Position numbers and translations under genes: made by a program. Source: a virus (lineage: Duplodnaviria; Caudoviricetes). From it: a stretch of DNA of 59,867 nt. Location of the stretch: IMG/VR virus record IMGVR_UViG_3300032116_000210, positions 1-59,867 of that record, one strand, 5' to 3'. Positions 18,960-29,285 of the stretch are shown here, in pieces; position 1 is the stretch's first letter; every line of letters begins with the position of its first letter. The notes beneath the pieces are model-generated. The model was not told where the DNA came from and did not search any database. It saw only the letters and a program-made list of their open reading frames with translations.

Positions 18960-21005
18960 ATGCCGCTAAAGACTCCGCCGGTCAACTATGACCTGATTCG
19001 ACTCGCCGGCGGCCTGGATCAGATCACCCCGACCCTGTCGTTGCCACCAGGCGTGGCCCGGCGGGCGGCGAATTTCGAGTGCTCGATCACCGGCGGCTAT
19101 ACGCGGATTGCGGGGTACGAGCGCTTTGATGGGCGGCCAAGCCCGTCGGACGCGGTGTATTCGATTTTGATCTGCAACATCACGGGCACCGTATCTGTCG
19201 GCAACTCCGTGACCGGGTCGAGCTCGGCGGCTACGGGCAAGGTCATTGCAGTGAGCGGCAGCAATGTCGTTCTGACGCGCCTTGTTGGGGACTTTGTTGC
19301 CGGCGAATTTTTAACCGTCGGCGGCAATACCCAGGCGCAGATTACGACGGTGCAAGGCCCCTCGGCTGACGGCCTAGAGGACGCCACCTACAAAGCCTTG
19401 GCCGCGAATGATTACCGCGCCGACATCCAGGCGGTGCCTGGCTCCGGGCCGATTCGCGGGGTGGGGCTCTACAACGGCACGGTCTACGCCTGGCGTAACA
19501 ACGTCGCCGGCACAGCAACCAACATGTACAAGTCCACAACCTCGGGCTGGACCCAGGTGGACTTGATGGCCACGTTTGATTTTGATACCGGCACCCGTGA
19601 AATCTTTCCGGGTGACACGATCGTCGGCCACACCAGCGGGGCTACCGCACTGGTCAAGGCCGTGGTTGTGCTGTCGGGCACGTGGGCCGGCGGTGATGCT
19701 GCCGGCTACATCGTGTTCACCAACATGACCGGCACCCCGGTCGCAGGCGAACACGTGTACGTGGGCGGCCTTAAAGCGGCGGAGTCTGTCGGCACGTATT
19801 CCACAACGACTTTGTCGCCAAACGGGCGGTTTGAAATTGTCGTAGCAAATTTTGGTGGCGGCACAGCCAACTACAAGATGTACGGCTGTGATGGCGTGAA
19901 CAAGGCTTTTTCTTTTGACGGCACCACGTTTGTACCGATCCGCACCGGCATGGCGGTGGATACGCCGAAGCACATTGCCTTTCACAAGCAGCACCTGTTT
20001 TTGAGCTTTGGCGCATCGCTGCAGTTCTCGTCGCTTGGCAACCCGTACAACTGGACCCCGCTGCTGGGGGCGGGCGAACTGGCGATGAACGCTGAGATCA
20101 CCAACCTGCTGCCGCTGCCCGGAGACCAGTCAAGCGGCGCATTGGCGGTTTACACCCGCACAGACACGTCTGTGTTGTACGGCACGAGCTCTGGAAACTT
20201 CCAGCTCTCCACGTTCAACACCGGCACGGGTGCCCTGGCATACACGGCCCAGAACATGGACCAGGCCTACGTGCTGGACGACCGCGGGATTATGAGCCTG
20301 GGCACGTCGCTGAACTTCGGCAACTTCTTGCCGGCGTCTTTGACGATGAACATTCGGCCGTTCATTGAGCAGCGGCTAACCCTGGCGTGTGCGAGCACGG
20401 TCAACCGAATCAAAGGTCAGTACCGGGTGTTCTTCAGCGATGGGGCGGCGGTCTACCTGACTGTGCTTAACGGCAAGGTCCTGGGCCCGATGCCGGTGCA
20501 GCTGCTGAATCCTGCGCTTTGCACCACAGAAGGCGAGGCCAGCGACGGAGGCGCCATTTCGTTTTTCGGGTCCAGCAATGGGTTTGTTTACCAGATGGAC
20601 GTCGGGACAAGTTTCGACGGCGAGTCCATCGCGGCCAACCTGAACCTCGTCTACAACAGTACAAAGTCGCCGCGGGTGCTGAAGCGCTATCGCAAGGCCA
20701 GTGTGGAGTTGACCGGCGACTCCTACGCCGAGATTGCCTTTGGCTACGACCTGGCGTACCGGTCCACGGCGCTAGATCAAGCCGTCGACCTGACATACGA
20801 AAACGACTTGCGTTCCGGATATTGGGACAGCATGACCTGGGACAACTTTGTTTGGGATGGATCTGACATTTCGCCGTCGGAAGTCGAGGTGCAAGGAACC
20901 GCTGAGAACATGGCCATTCGGATTTCGTCGGTCTCTGCGTTGTTTCAGCCCTTCACTGTCAACAGCATAGTTGTTCACTACACGCCGCGCAGAGGACTCC
21001 GATGA
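18960..21005 (+). CDS. Tail nozzle / tubular protein B-like (beta-propeller)
   Basis: GGLD...ANFE...GGYTRIAGY N-terminus, HKQHLFL...LQFS motif, position after the adaptor. Confidence 0.78.
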   Translation: MPLKTPPVNYDLIRLAGGLDQITPTLSLPPGVARRAANFECSITGGYTRIAGYERFDGRPSPSDAVYSILICNITGTVSVGNSVTGSSSAATGKVIAVSGSNVVLTRLVGDFVAGEFLTVGGNTQAQITTVQGPSADGLEDATYKALAANDYRADIQAVPGSGPIRGVGLYNGTVYAWRNNVAGTATNMYKSTTSGWTQVDLMATFDFDTGTREIFPGDTIVGHTSGATALVKAVVVLSGTWAGGDAAGYIVFTNMTGTPVAGEHVYVGGLKAAESVGTYSTTTLSPNGRFEIVVANFGGGTANYKMYGCDGVNKAFSFDGTTFVPIRTGMAVDTPKHIAFHKQHLFLSFGASLQFSSLGNPYNWTPLLGAGELAMNAEITNLLPLPGDQSSGALAVYTRTDTSVLYGTSSGNFQLSTFNTGTGALAYTAQNMDQAYVLDDRGIMSLGTSLNFGNFLPASLTMNIRPFIEQRLTLACASTVNRIKGQYRVFFSDGAAVYLTVLNGKVLGPMPVQLLNPALCTTEGEASDGGAISFFGSSNGFVYQMDVGTSFDGESIAANLNLVYNSTKSPRVLKRYRKASVELTGDSYAEIAFGYDLAYRSTALDQAVDLTYENDLRSGYWDSMTWDNFVWDGSDISPSEVEVQGTAENMAIRISSVSALFQPFTVNSIVVHYTPRRGLR

Positions 21006-23470
21006 GCAATAGCTATTACGTTCACTCGACATACCCCACCCCAAACTCACCGGGCTCGTCTGCGCAGCTGCGCGCCGAGCTCGAGCTCGTCACCGACGGC
21101 TTTGACAAGCTGCCCACTCTTTCGGGCAACGGCAACAAGGTTGTTGTCGTCAACGCAGGCGGCACGGCTCTTGTAGCAGCCAGCTCTCTCAGCGGCATAG
21201 CCATCACCCTCGGCTCAATCAATAACACTCCCATCGGGGCTGCGACTCCCTCCACGGGCAGCTTCACCAATCTCACCGTCTCTGGCACAGCCAACCTTGG
21301 CAGCACGGTCGTTATTGCCGGCGGCACGATCAATGGCACGCCCATCGGGGGCACCACGGCGTCTTCCGGCGCCTTCACCACGGTCAGCGCCTCGAGCGGC
21401 TTTACGGGCAGTTTGACCGGCAACGTGACCGGCAATGTGACCGGCAACGTGACTGGAAACGTCGCAGGCAATGTGACCGGCAACGTGACGGCATCCAGCG
21501 GCACGTCGACTTTTACCAACGTCACGATTAACGGCACGTTGAATATGGACGCCGGTACGACCGGCACCATTGAAAACCTTTCGACGCCCGTCAATTCGGG
21601 CGATGCCGCGCCCAAGGGCTACGTCGACACCCAGGTCGCCACCCGCCTAGCCCTGGCAGGCGGCACGATGTCTGGCGCGATCGCCATGAACACGAACAAG
21701 ATCACGGGCCTTGGAAACCCGACGAATGCCCAGGACGCCGTCACCAAAATCTACGTCGACAACGCGGTCCAGGGGCTGGACGCCAAGGCGTCTGTCCGTG
21801 CCGCCACGACAGCCAGTATCACGCTAAGCAATACCCAGACGATCGACGGCGTAGCGTTAGTCGCCGGCAACCGGGTTTTGGTCAAAGACCAGAGCACGGC
21901 TTCGCAGAACGGCATCTATGAGGTTGCCTCGGGCAGCTGGACTCGTACCGCAGATGCGGACACCTGGGACGAACTGGTCCACGCCTTCGTGTTTGTGGAA
22001 GAGGGCACGGCCAACGCTAGCAACGGATTTGTGTGCACGGTGCAGGCTGGCGGCACGCTGAACACGACGGCAGTCACGTTTGTCCAGTTCTCTGGCGCCG
22101 GCCAGGTGATTGCCGGTAACGGCATGTCGAAGACCGGCAATACGCTCAACGTCAATACGGCCTCTGCTTCGCGCATTGCCGTCAGTGCAGACGAGATCGA
22201 CCTGGCCCAGACGGGCGTGGCGGCCGGCACCTACAAGTCGGTCACCGTAGATCTGTTTGGCCGGGTCACGGCAGGCACAAATCCCACCACTCTGGCCGGC
22301 TACGGCATCACCGATGCCTACACCACGACCCAGGTCGATAACGCCCTAGCGCTCAAGCTCAACCTGTCTGGCGGCACCATGACCGGTGCCATCGCCATGG
22401 GCGCGAACAAGATCACCGGCATGGGTGATCCGACCAACGCCCAGGACGCCGCAACCAAGAACTACATCGATACGCTTTTTGGGTCGACGACTGCTGCTGC
22501 CGCTTCTGCGGCTGCCGCGGCGATCAGTGCGTCGAATGCTTTAACGTCAGAAAACAACGCCGATGTTTACGCCACCCTGGCTGGGCAATTTGCAACCAAC
22601 GCGGAAAACGTATACGACGCGTTTGATGACCGCTACTTGGGCAGCAAGGCTGCCGACCCAACGGTAGACAACGACGGCAACGCGTTGCTTACGGGGGCGC
22701 TGTATTGGAACAGCGTTTCTTCGATCATGAAGGTCTGGACCGGCAGCGCCTGGTCGGCGACGTACTTGCCAGCCTCGGGCTATCTGCCCACCTCTGGTGG
22801 CACGATGACCGGCAACATTACGTTTGCCGGCACTCAGACTTTCCCGGGTGTGGTGACTTCGGTTGGCCTAACGGTGCCGACTGGGCTAACTGTCAGCGGG
22901 TCTCCGGTTACGTCCTCGGGCACCTTGGCGGTATCGCTTCAAAGCGGGTACTCGATTCCAACCACGGCAAGCCAAGCAAACTGGGATTCGGCGTACACCC
23001 AGAGGCTCCAATGGGACGGCGGAAGCACGAACCTCAATGCGTCAACAGCCCGGACCTCTCTTGGCCTGGTCATCGGCACAAACGTGCAGGCCTATGACGC
23101 CAATACAGCCAAACTCAACGTCGCGCAAAGCTGGACGGCGCAGCAGACTTTCAAAGAACTCAAAGACACCGTTTACACAATCGTCGATGGCGCCGCCTTT
23201 GAGATTGACCCGGGCAACGGTTCAATTCAGATAGTGACGCTGGGCGCATCAAGAACGCCCGCGGCAACCAACTTTGAAGCCGGCCAGGTGGTGCTGCTTG
23301 GTATCGATGACGGTTCTGCCTACTCGATAACCTGGACCACCGTGAACCCAACGTGGGTCAAGGCCGGGGGCAGTGCATCGGCGCCCACGCTGGCTACGAC
23401 GGGCTACACCTGGATCATGTTTTGGAAAGTAGGCTCGACGCTTTACGGGACCGAGGTCGGCAAGCCATGA
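21002..23470 (+). CDS. Tail fibre protein
   Basis: Tandem GNVT repeats (about 21419-21490), repeated GGTMxGAIAM..KITG..PTNAQDA.TK.Y.D units, RVLVKDQ..ASQNGIY and TLAGYGITDAY fibre motifs. Confidence 0.88.
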   Translation: MSNSYYVHSTYPTPNSPGSSAQLRAELELVTDGFDKLPTLSGNGNKVVVVNAGGTALVAASSLSGIAITLGSINNTPIGAATPSTGSFTNLTVSGTANLGSTVVIAGGTINGTPIGGTTASSGAFTTVSASSGFTGSLTGNVTGNVTGNVTGNVAGNVTGNVTASSGTSTFTNVTINGTLNMDAGTTGTIENLSTPVNSGDAAPKGYVDTQVATRLALAGGTMSGAIAMNTNKITGLGNPTNAQDAVTKIYVDNAVQGLDAKASVRAATTASITLSNTQTIDGVALVAGNRVLVKDQSTASQNGIYEVASGSWTRTADADTWDELVHAFVFVEEGTANASNGFVCTVQAGGTLNTTAVTFVQFSGAGQVIAGNGMSKTGNTLNVNTASASRIAVSADEIDLAQTGVAAGTYKSVTVDLFGRVTAGTNPTTLAGYGITDAYTTTQVDNALALKLNLSGGTMTGAIAMGANKITGMGDPTNAQDAATKNYIDTLFGSTTAAAASAAAAAISASNALTSENNADVYATLAGQFATNAENVYDAFDDRYLGSKAADPTVDNDGNALLTGALYWNSVSSIMKVWTGSAWSATYLPASGYLPTSGGTMTGNITFAGTQTFPGVVTSVGLTVPTGLTVSGSPVTSSGTLAVSLQSGYSIPTTASQANWDSAYTQRLQWDGGSTNLNASTARTSLGLVIGTNVQAYDANTAKLNVAQSWTAQQTFKELKDTVYTIVDGAAFEIDPGNGSIQIVTLGASRTPAATNFEAGQVVLLGIDDGSAYSITWTTVNPTWVKAGGSASAPTLATTGYTWIMFWKVGSTLYGTEVGKP

Positions 23471-26400
23471 GCAATGTCTTAAAGATGTTGATGCGGGGCG
23501 GCGTTAGCGCGCCCCTGGTTGACCCCAACTTCAATCAGACCGTTTTATTGCTGCACGGGGACGGCAACCAGGGGGCCAACAATTTCAGCAACCCTGGCCC
23601 GACGAAATACTTAGCGTTCTCGGACAACTCCAACAACAACTATCCGATAACGGTCAACGGCGATGCGTACGGAGATAACTTCAGCCCGTACGAAGGGAAC
23701 TACAGCGCGTTTTTTGATGGTACGGGGGATTATTTAAGCCTACCGAATAATGCTGCTTTTGCTTTCGGGACGGGTAATTTCACAGTTGAATTCTGGGTAT
23801 ATGCCAATGGCAGTAGCAACACACACGGCTTAGTCGCTCCTACACAAACCGGTACATACTGGTCCTCTTTGATTTTTGGAGGGCTAATTTACTGGCAAAA
23901 TATTAACGGCACGAGTAATTTATTTAGTTATAGTTATTCCGGGTACTACGATAAATGGACACATGTTGCGTTTGTTAGAAATAGCGGCACTATCAAAATG
24001 TATTTGGATGGTGTAGAGCGGGCGTCTGCCAGTGACTCTACCAATTACACTTTGACAGCAGGCGACATTAACATTGGAAGAGATTTAGATAACTCGGCTT
24101 TACTTAGTGGTTACATATCCAATGTTCGGATAGTTAAGGGCACTGCCGTCTACACCTCTGCCTTCACCCCGCCAACAGCACCACTTACCGCTATCACCAA
24201 CACCCAGCTCCTCACCTGCCAATCCAACCGCTTTGTCGACAACAGCACCAACAACTTCACCATCACCCGCGTCGGTGACACCCGCATCTCCCCATTCCAG
24301 CCGTTCACCCTGGCGGCGAATGACAACGGTTCCGGATATTTTGATGGCACTGATGGCACGATAAACGTATCAAACATAGCCTTTACAGGCAATTTTACTT
24401 TTGAGTGTCTGTACTACCCCGAGGCTTTGGGATCTGGAGTTTCCACAAACTACTCCGTCTTGTTCGGGGAGTTTACGACCAGCAATCTCCAGGTGTACGT
24501 CAACACCAACGGGTCAATTTCTTATTACAACGGCACGTCAAACATTATTGTTTCAAGCACCGGGCTTGTTACGGTTGGTCAGTGGCACCACATCGCGCTT
24601 GTTCGGAGTGGCACAACTACAACGATGTACCTGAACGGGTCTTCTGTAGGGAGCGCGACTGACTCTGGAACAAGATCTATCGGCGCAATCGGCAACTCTT
24701 TCCCGTCGACTCCTAACTATGGCGTACGCGGGTATGTATCAAACGCCCGTTTCGTAAGTTCGGCGATCGTTCCCCCCGCTGGCGGGCCTACATCCCCGCT
24801 TACCAACGTCACCAACACCCAGCTCCTCACCTGCCAATACAGCGGCACGGTACGCAACGTGGGGTTCATCGACAGCAGCCCGTATGACTTTCCGATCACC
24901 AGGGTAGGCAACACCACCCAAGGCACGTTTAGCCCGTTCAGCTTGGGGGCGGGAATGTGGAGTAACTATTTTGATGGAAGCATAGACTGGCTAAGCGTCA
25001 CCTATGACGCAACGGCGTTTGGGTTTGGTACGAATAATCTAACAATAGAAGCGTGGATATATCCTGTAAGTTTTTCAACTTTCCCAAGTATTTTTTCTCA
25101 AAGAGGGGCGTCTGCGGGAATTACATTTAGGTTGGACTCCAGCGGAAAGCCTGAATTTTATTATGCCGGCGGTACAGGGTATTTCACCGCTAGCACAGGA
25201 GCGGCATTAAATACGTGGAGCCACGTTGCTTTGACTAGAGAGGGCAACGTATTTAAGTTGTGGCTGAATGGGCAAAATGTGGGAACGTCGGGAACGATTA
25301 CAGCAAGTATGACAAACGCTATTAACGTGGCGATTGGGCGTAGCGCTGCTAGCGCTGTAGAGTTTTACGCCGGATATTTGTCAAATCTGCGTGTTGTAAA
25401 TGGGAGAGCCGTATACACCAGCAACTTCACCCCAAGCACCGTTCCTTTAGGCGTTACTTCCGGCGGTCAGAACCCACCCCAGGGTACAGAGACCTCTCTT
25501 CTTACCTGCCAAGCTAATCGTCTTGTAGATAGCAGCACTACGCCCAGAACCGTTACCGACAACGCGACAACGGAGGTACGCGCTTTTTTTCCTTTCGCAC
25601 CCACGGCTGCTTACGATCCTGCCGTGAATGGCGGGAGTGGGTATTTTGACGGCAGCGGGGACTATCTGCGCCGCGGAACCTCCCTCGACCCGGCGTTTGA
25701 CTTTGGGTCTGGCAACTTTACGATTGAGATGTTTGTTTACCACGTCGCTCTCAAAAACTACTCCGGTTTGATTGGAGAAGTTCCGGGGACGACAAATAAC
25801 ACAATCAACTTTTATACCTTCGCCGATGGCACTGTCGGGGCCACGCTTCTTGGTGTCGGCCAACAAATGGCTTCGTCCGCAGGCGTCGCTCGCGCAAACG
25901 CCTGGCAGCACTTTGCGCTTGTCAGAAACAGCGGAGTTACCACGCTGTATGTTGACGGGGTGAGTAGGGCAACTTACTCGAGCAGCGCGAATATGGCCGT
26001 CGGCGGTTCGGCCGGTATCGGTATCGGGTCGACACACGGAACCGGGGACCTAAACGGCTACATCTCAAACCTAAGAATTCTGAAAGGGGTCGCGCAGTAC
26101 ACCGCCAATTTCACCCCACCAACAGCCCCCCTAACAGCAATCACCAACACCAGCCTGCTGCTCAACTTCGCCAACGCTGGCATCCTCGACCAGACCGGCA
26201 AGACTGTTCTGGACACGGTCGGCAACGCGCAGGTCGATACCAACGTCAAAAAGTTCGGTATGGGGTCTATGAAGTTTGATGGGACCGGCGACTACCTGCT
26301 CGTGCCCCATTCCAACGATCATCTGCTTGGCCCCGCCCCGTTCACGATCGAAATGTGGGTTAACCCCGACTCGATCGGGCTGAAAGCCTTTATCGGCAAG

Positions 26401-26760
26401 GGTGTTTCAGGCAGTACCGGCTGGGCCGTAGGAATCGATTCTTCGGGCCGGGTCGTCTTTTATTACAGCAACTCGTCGTTCAACTCTACAGGGTCAATCT
26501 CTGCGTCAACCTGGACCCACATTGCTGTTGTTCGGACGGGCATCAATTCAAACGAGACGAAGATTTACATCAACGGGTCGAACGACGGCACCGGCACGGT
26601 TGGTTTTGATTTCACTCAGACAGAGGCGATGTACATCGGTTCCGGCAGGGGCGGCAACGGGCTCTTGAATGGCTACATCGACGACCTGCGCATCACCAAA
26701 GGCGTGGCCCGCTACACCGCCAACTTCACGCCGCCCGCACAAGCATTCCCAGACAAGTAA
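23467..26760 (+). CDS. LamG/concanavalin-like repeat receptor-binding protein (five modules)
   Basis: ATG at 23467 overlaps the fibre stop. Five FDG...FT(I/V)E.W...W.H(V/I)A.VR...GY(I/L)SNLR modules. Confidence 0.9.
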   Translation: MSNVLKMLMRGGVSAPLVDPNFNQTVLLLHGDGNQGANNFSNPGPTKYLAFSDNSNNNYPITVNGDAYGDNFSPYEGNYSAFFDGTGDYLSLPNNAAFAFGTGNFTVEFWVYANGSSNTHGLVAPTQTGTYWSSLIFGGLIYWQNINGTSNLFSYSYSGYYDKWTHVAFVRNSGTIKMYLDGVERASASDSTNYTLTAGDINIGRDLDNSALLSGYISNVRIVKGTAVYTSAFTPPTAPLTAITNTQLLTCQSNRFVDNSTNNFTITRVGDTRISPFQPFTLAANDNGSGYFDGTDGTINVSNIAFTGNFTFECLYYPEALGSGVSTNYSVLFGEFTTSNLQVYVNTNGSISYYNGTSNIIVSSTGLVTVGQWHHIALVRSGTTTTMYLNGSSVGSATDSGTRSIGAIGNSFPSTPNYGVRGYVSNARFVSSAIVPPAGGPTSPLTNVTNTQLLTCQYSGTVRNVGFIDSSPYDFPITRVGNTTQGTFSPFSLGAGMWSNYFDGSIDWLSVTYDATAFGFGTNNLTIEAWIYPVSFSTFPSIFSQRGASAGITFRLDSSGKPEFYYAGGTGYFTASTGAALNTWSHVALTREGNVFKLWLNGQNVGTSGTITASMTNAINVAIGRSAASAVEFYAGYLSNLRVVNGRAVYTSNFTPSTVPLGVTSGGQNPPQGTETSLLTCQANRLVDSSTTPRTVTDNATTEVRAFFPFAPTAAYDPAVNGGSGYFDGSGDYLRRGTSLDPAFDFGSGNFTIEMFVYHVALKNYSGLIGEVPGTTNNTINFYTFADGTVGATLLGVGQQMASSAGVARANAWQHFALVRNSGVTTLYVDGVSRATYSSSANMAVGGSAGIGIGSTHGTGDLNGYISNLRILKGVAQYTANFTPPTAPLTAITNTSLLLNFANAGILDQTGKTVLDTVGNAQVDTNVKKFGMGSMKFDGTGDYLLVPHSNDHLLGPAPFTIEMWVNPDSIGLKAFIGKGVSGSTGWAVGIDSSGRVVFYYSNSSFNSTGSISASTWTHIAVVRTGINSNETKIYINGSNDGTGTVGFDFTQTEAMYIGSGRGGNGLLNGYIDDLRITKGVARYTANFTPPAQAFPDK

Positions 26761-26771
26761 GGAACTAGACC

Positions 26772-27221
26772 ATGCTGATCTACAAAGACGGGATCGTTGA
26801 CGAAGTTCAACGCTTCTTCCCTAACACCAGTTTCGCTGCCTCTGGCCCGTCCGATGAGTTCTTGTCCGAGCACGGGGCGTATCGCGTCAACACCTTTAAG
26901 CCGCACGACCCGAGAACTCAGAAGCTCGTCTCCTGCGCCCCATACCTTGAGGGCGGCTGGGCGTACACGGTCACCGTAGAAAGCAAAGCCGAAGACGAAG
27001 TCGCGGCAGACACGGCCTCTCGCGCCGCCCGGATGCGCGCACAGCGGGATCGTTTGCTTGCTGCCAGCGACTGGACCCAGGTGGCGGACGCGCCGGTAGA
27101 CAAGGCCGCTTGGGCCGCATATCGGCAGGCTCTGCGAGATCTGCCGCAAGCAGAAGGATTCCCCGATGTAGCGCTGCCGCACGACCCGAATTGGGTTGAG
27201 CCAGTATCAGCCCCAACCTAA
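26772..27221 (+). CDS. Tail fibre assembly chaperone-like protein
   Basis: RAQRDRLLAASDWTQ...WAAYRQALRDLPQ motif. Confidence 0.88.
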   Translation: MLIYKDGIVDEVQRFFPNTSFAASGPSDEFLSEHGAYRVNTFKPHDPRTQKLVSCAPYLEGGWAYTVTVESKAEDEVAADTASRAARMRAQRDRLLAASDWTQVADAPVDKAAWAAYRQALRDLPQAEGFPDVALPHDPNWVEPVSAPT

Positions 27222-27239
27222 TCCAAGAAAGGAAACACG

Positions 27240-27485
27240 ATGGACTGCGGGACACGACCAGAGTGCGCTGAAATCGCCGACAAAGCGGTCAGGAAGACCT
27301 TCGCCATACTGGGCGTGGACATTGATGACCCGGCATCAATTGAAGAGTTTCGCCAGGACCTGCGCTTTGGCAAGCGCCTGCGCCGGATCGCTGACCACGG
27401 AACCCTGGCCTTCTTCGCCGCGGTGGCCGTGGCCATCGTCGGCGCCATCTGGATCGGCATCACGCAATCGATCAAGGGTGATTAA
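27240..27485 (+). CDS. Small membrane protein (holin-like)
   Basis: One C-terminal TM helix, start of the lysis cluster, GAAAGGA RBS. Confidence 0.6.
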   Translation: MDCGTRPECAEIADKAVRKTFAILGVDIDDPASIEEFRQDLRFGKRLRRIADHGTLAFFAAVAVAIVGAIWIGITQSIKGD

Positions 27486-27953
27486 GTGCTGGCGGAGCTC
27501 GCCGCCGCCAACGCTGCTTATGCCGTCATCAAGGAGTGCATAGCCAACAGCGGCGAGATCGTCTCTGCCGGCAAGGCCCTGTTCGAGTGGTTCGACGCCA
27601 AGTCTTCTCTGCAGAAAAAGGTCGAGGAGAAGCCACCCGACCAGCGCAGCGACCTCGAAGAGTTCTTCGCCCTAGAGGAACTCAAGCGGCAGCAGCAAGA
27701 GCTCAGGGAGCTCATGATCCTTCAGGGCCGACCTGGCCTTTGGGACGACTGGCTGCAGTTCCAGGTCGACGCAAGAAAGCGCAGGGAGTCTGCGGCTCGA
27801 GAAGAGCAGGCCCGGCTCCTGGTTAAGCGCAAGAAGATTCAAGACTTCATGGAAAAGGCGCTGCTGGCTTTTTGGCTGGCAGTGCTGGCCGTTGTCGTCA
27901 CCGGCATGGTCGTCGGCGCGGCGTGGCTGTACACGATGAAAGGTAGGTTCTGA
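27486..27953 (+). CDS. Coiled-coil protein with C-terminal TM helix (lysis cluster)
   Basis: ELAAANAAY..IK...GLWDDWLQFQ pattern, TM segment at the C-terminus. Confidence 0.7.
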   Translation: MLAELAAANAAYAVIKECIANSGEIVSAGKALFEWFDAKSSLQKKVEEKPPDQRSDLEEFFALEELKRQQQELRELMILQGRPGLWDDWLQFQVDARKRRESAAREEQARLLVKRKKIQDFMEKALLAFWLAVLAVVVTGMVVGAAWLYTMKGRF

Positions 27954-28456
27954 TGCTTTCTCTTCTCTCGACCCTCGGCGGACTTCTGATCTCCGGCCTG
28001 CCCAAGCTCCTGGAGTATTTCCAGGACAGGCAGGACAAGGCCCACGAACTGGCGCTCGCGCGCATGCAGGGCGAGATCCAGGCCCAGATGATGCGCGAAG
28101 GGTTCCTGGCCCAGCAGCGCGTCGAAGAGATCCGCACCGACCAGGTGGCCATGCAGACCGACGCCCAGATGACCGTGGCGGCCCTGGAGCACGACCAGAA
28201 GGTGCTCGATCGGGCCAGCACCTGGGTGGCCAATTACGTGGGCACAGTGCGGCCGACGGTCACCTACATCTTTGTGCTCGAGCTCGTGGCCATCAACGTC
28301 TACATGATGTATTGGGCGCTGTCTCAGGACAATTTGATCACCAGCATGGACCACATCAAGATTTTTGCCGACGTCATCTTCAGTTCTGACGAGATGGCCA
28401 TGCTGGGCGGAATCATCGGGTTCTGGTTTGGGTCCCGGAACTGGAACAAAAAGTGA
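27953..28456 (+). CDS. Holin-like membrane protein
   Basis: TVRPTVTY and IIGFWFGSR motifs of three-TM phage holins. Precedes the lysozyme. Confidence 0.75.
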   Translation: MLSLLSTLGGLLISGLPKLLEYFQDRQDKAHELALARMQGEIQAQMMREGFLAQQRVEEIRTDQVAMQTDAQMTVAALEHDQKVLDRASTWVANYVGTVRPTVTYIFVLELVAINVYMMYWALSQDNLITSMDHIKIFADVIFSSDEMAMLGGIIGFWFGSRNWNKK

Positions 28457-28956
28457 ACCTGAGCAAAGTCGGTGCTACGTTAATGCACCGATACGAAGGT
28501 TTCCGCAGTAAGCCGTACCTCTGCCCGGCCCACATCTGGACGATCGGCTACGGCCACGTCCTGTACCAGGATCAGATCCGGCTGCCCATGGTCCGCAAGG
28601 AGGGCCGCCCCGGGCTGATCCGCAAAGAGTACCCGCTTAAACCGGAGGACAACCGTGTCTGGACCAAAGAAGAGATCAACCGACTATTCGAAAAAGACGT
28701 CGCAGCTTTTGAACGCGGTGTTCTTCGACTTGTTCCCAGCAGTGCTGGCAGCCAAGGCCGCTTTGACGCTCTTGTCTCTATCTCCTTCAATTTTGGGTTA
28801 GGCAACCTGCAGCGGTCATCGATCCGCATGCGGGCCAACCGGGGCGATCACGAAGGGGCGGCCGAGGCGTTCATGCTTTGGACCAAGGCTGGCGGCCGGG
28901 AGCTGCCAGGGCTGGTCCGGCGCCGGCTGGACGAGAAAAGACTGTATCTGAGCTAG
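28453..28956 (+). CDS. Endolysin, GH24 phage lysozyme
   Basis: YEG...PYLCPAHIWTIGYGH, FDALVSISFNFG and LPGLVRRR motifs. Confidence 0.95.
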   Translation: MNLSKVGATLMHRYEGFRSKPYLCPAHIWTIGYGHVLYQDQIRLPMVRKEGRPGLIRKEYPLKPEDNRVWTKEEINRLFEKDVAAFERGVLRLVPSSAGSQGRFDALVSISFNFGLGNLQRSSIRMRANRGDHEGAAEAFMLWTKAGGRELPGLVRRRLDEKRLYLS

Positions 28957-28965
28957 GAGAATTTG

Positions 28966-29211
28966 ATGAGTGCAGCCTGGACCAGGAAGGAAGGCAAGAA
29001 TCCCGAGGGTGGCCTGAACGAAAAGGGGCGCCGCAGCTATGAGAAGCAGAACCCTGGCTCGGACCTCAAGCCGCCCCAGCCCGAGGGTGGTTCTCGTAAG
29101 CGTAGCTTTTGCTCGAGAATGAAAGGGATGAAGGCCAAGTTAACCAGTAAGAAAACCGCCAACGACCCAAACAGCCGAATTAACAAGGCTTTGAGGAAAT
29201 GGGCTTGTTAA
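28966..29211 (+). CDS. Small basic protein (DUF6321-like)
   Basis: AWTRKEGKNPEGGLN...RSFCSRM...SRINKALRKW.C motif. AGGAG RBS; TTG 28963 or ATG 28966 start. Confidence 0.75.
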   Translation: MSAAWTRKEGKNPEGGLNEKGRRSYEKQNPGSDLKPPQPEGGSRKRSFCSRMKGMKAKLTSKKTANDPNSRINKALRKWAC

Positions 29212-29274
29212 AGTAAAATGTTCGCGGGCCTCGTGCGCCCGCAAAAAGCCGCCGTCCAGGCGGCTTTTTTATTT
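29191..29274 (+). promoter_or_regulatory. Late promoter C plus attenuating terminator
   Basis: TTGAGG-17bp-TAAAAT, CGCGGG...GCGCCC leader, then AAAAAGCCGCC-gtcca-GGCGGCTTTTT. Confidence 0.65.
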
Positions 29275-29285
29275 GTGGAGCAGCC

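Noticed and set aside
21002-26760. Diversity-generating retroelement or invertible tail cassette
   Set aside because: No reverse transcriptase, no adenine-specific TR/VR pair, no invertase and no inverted cassettes seen.
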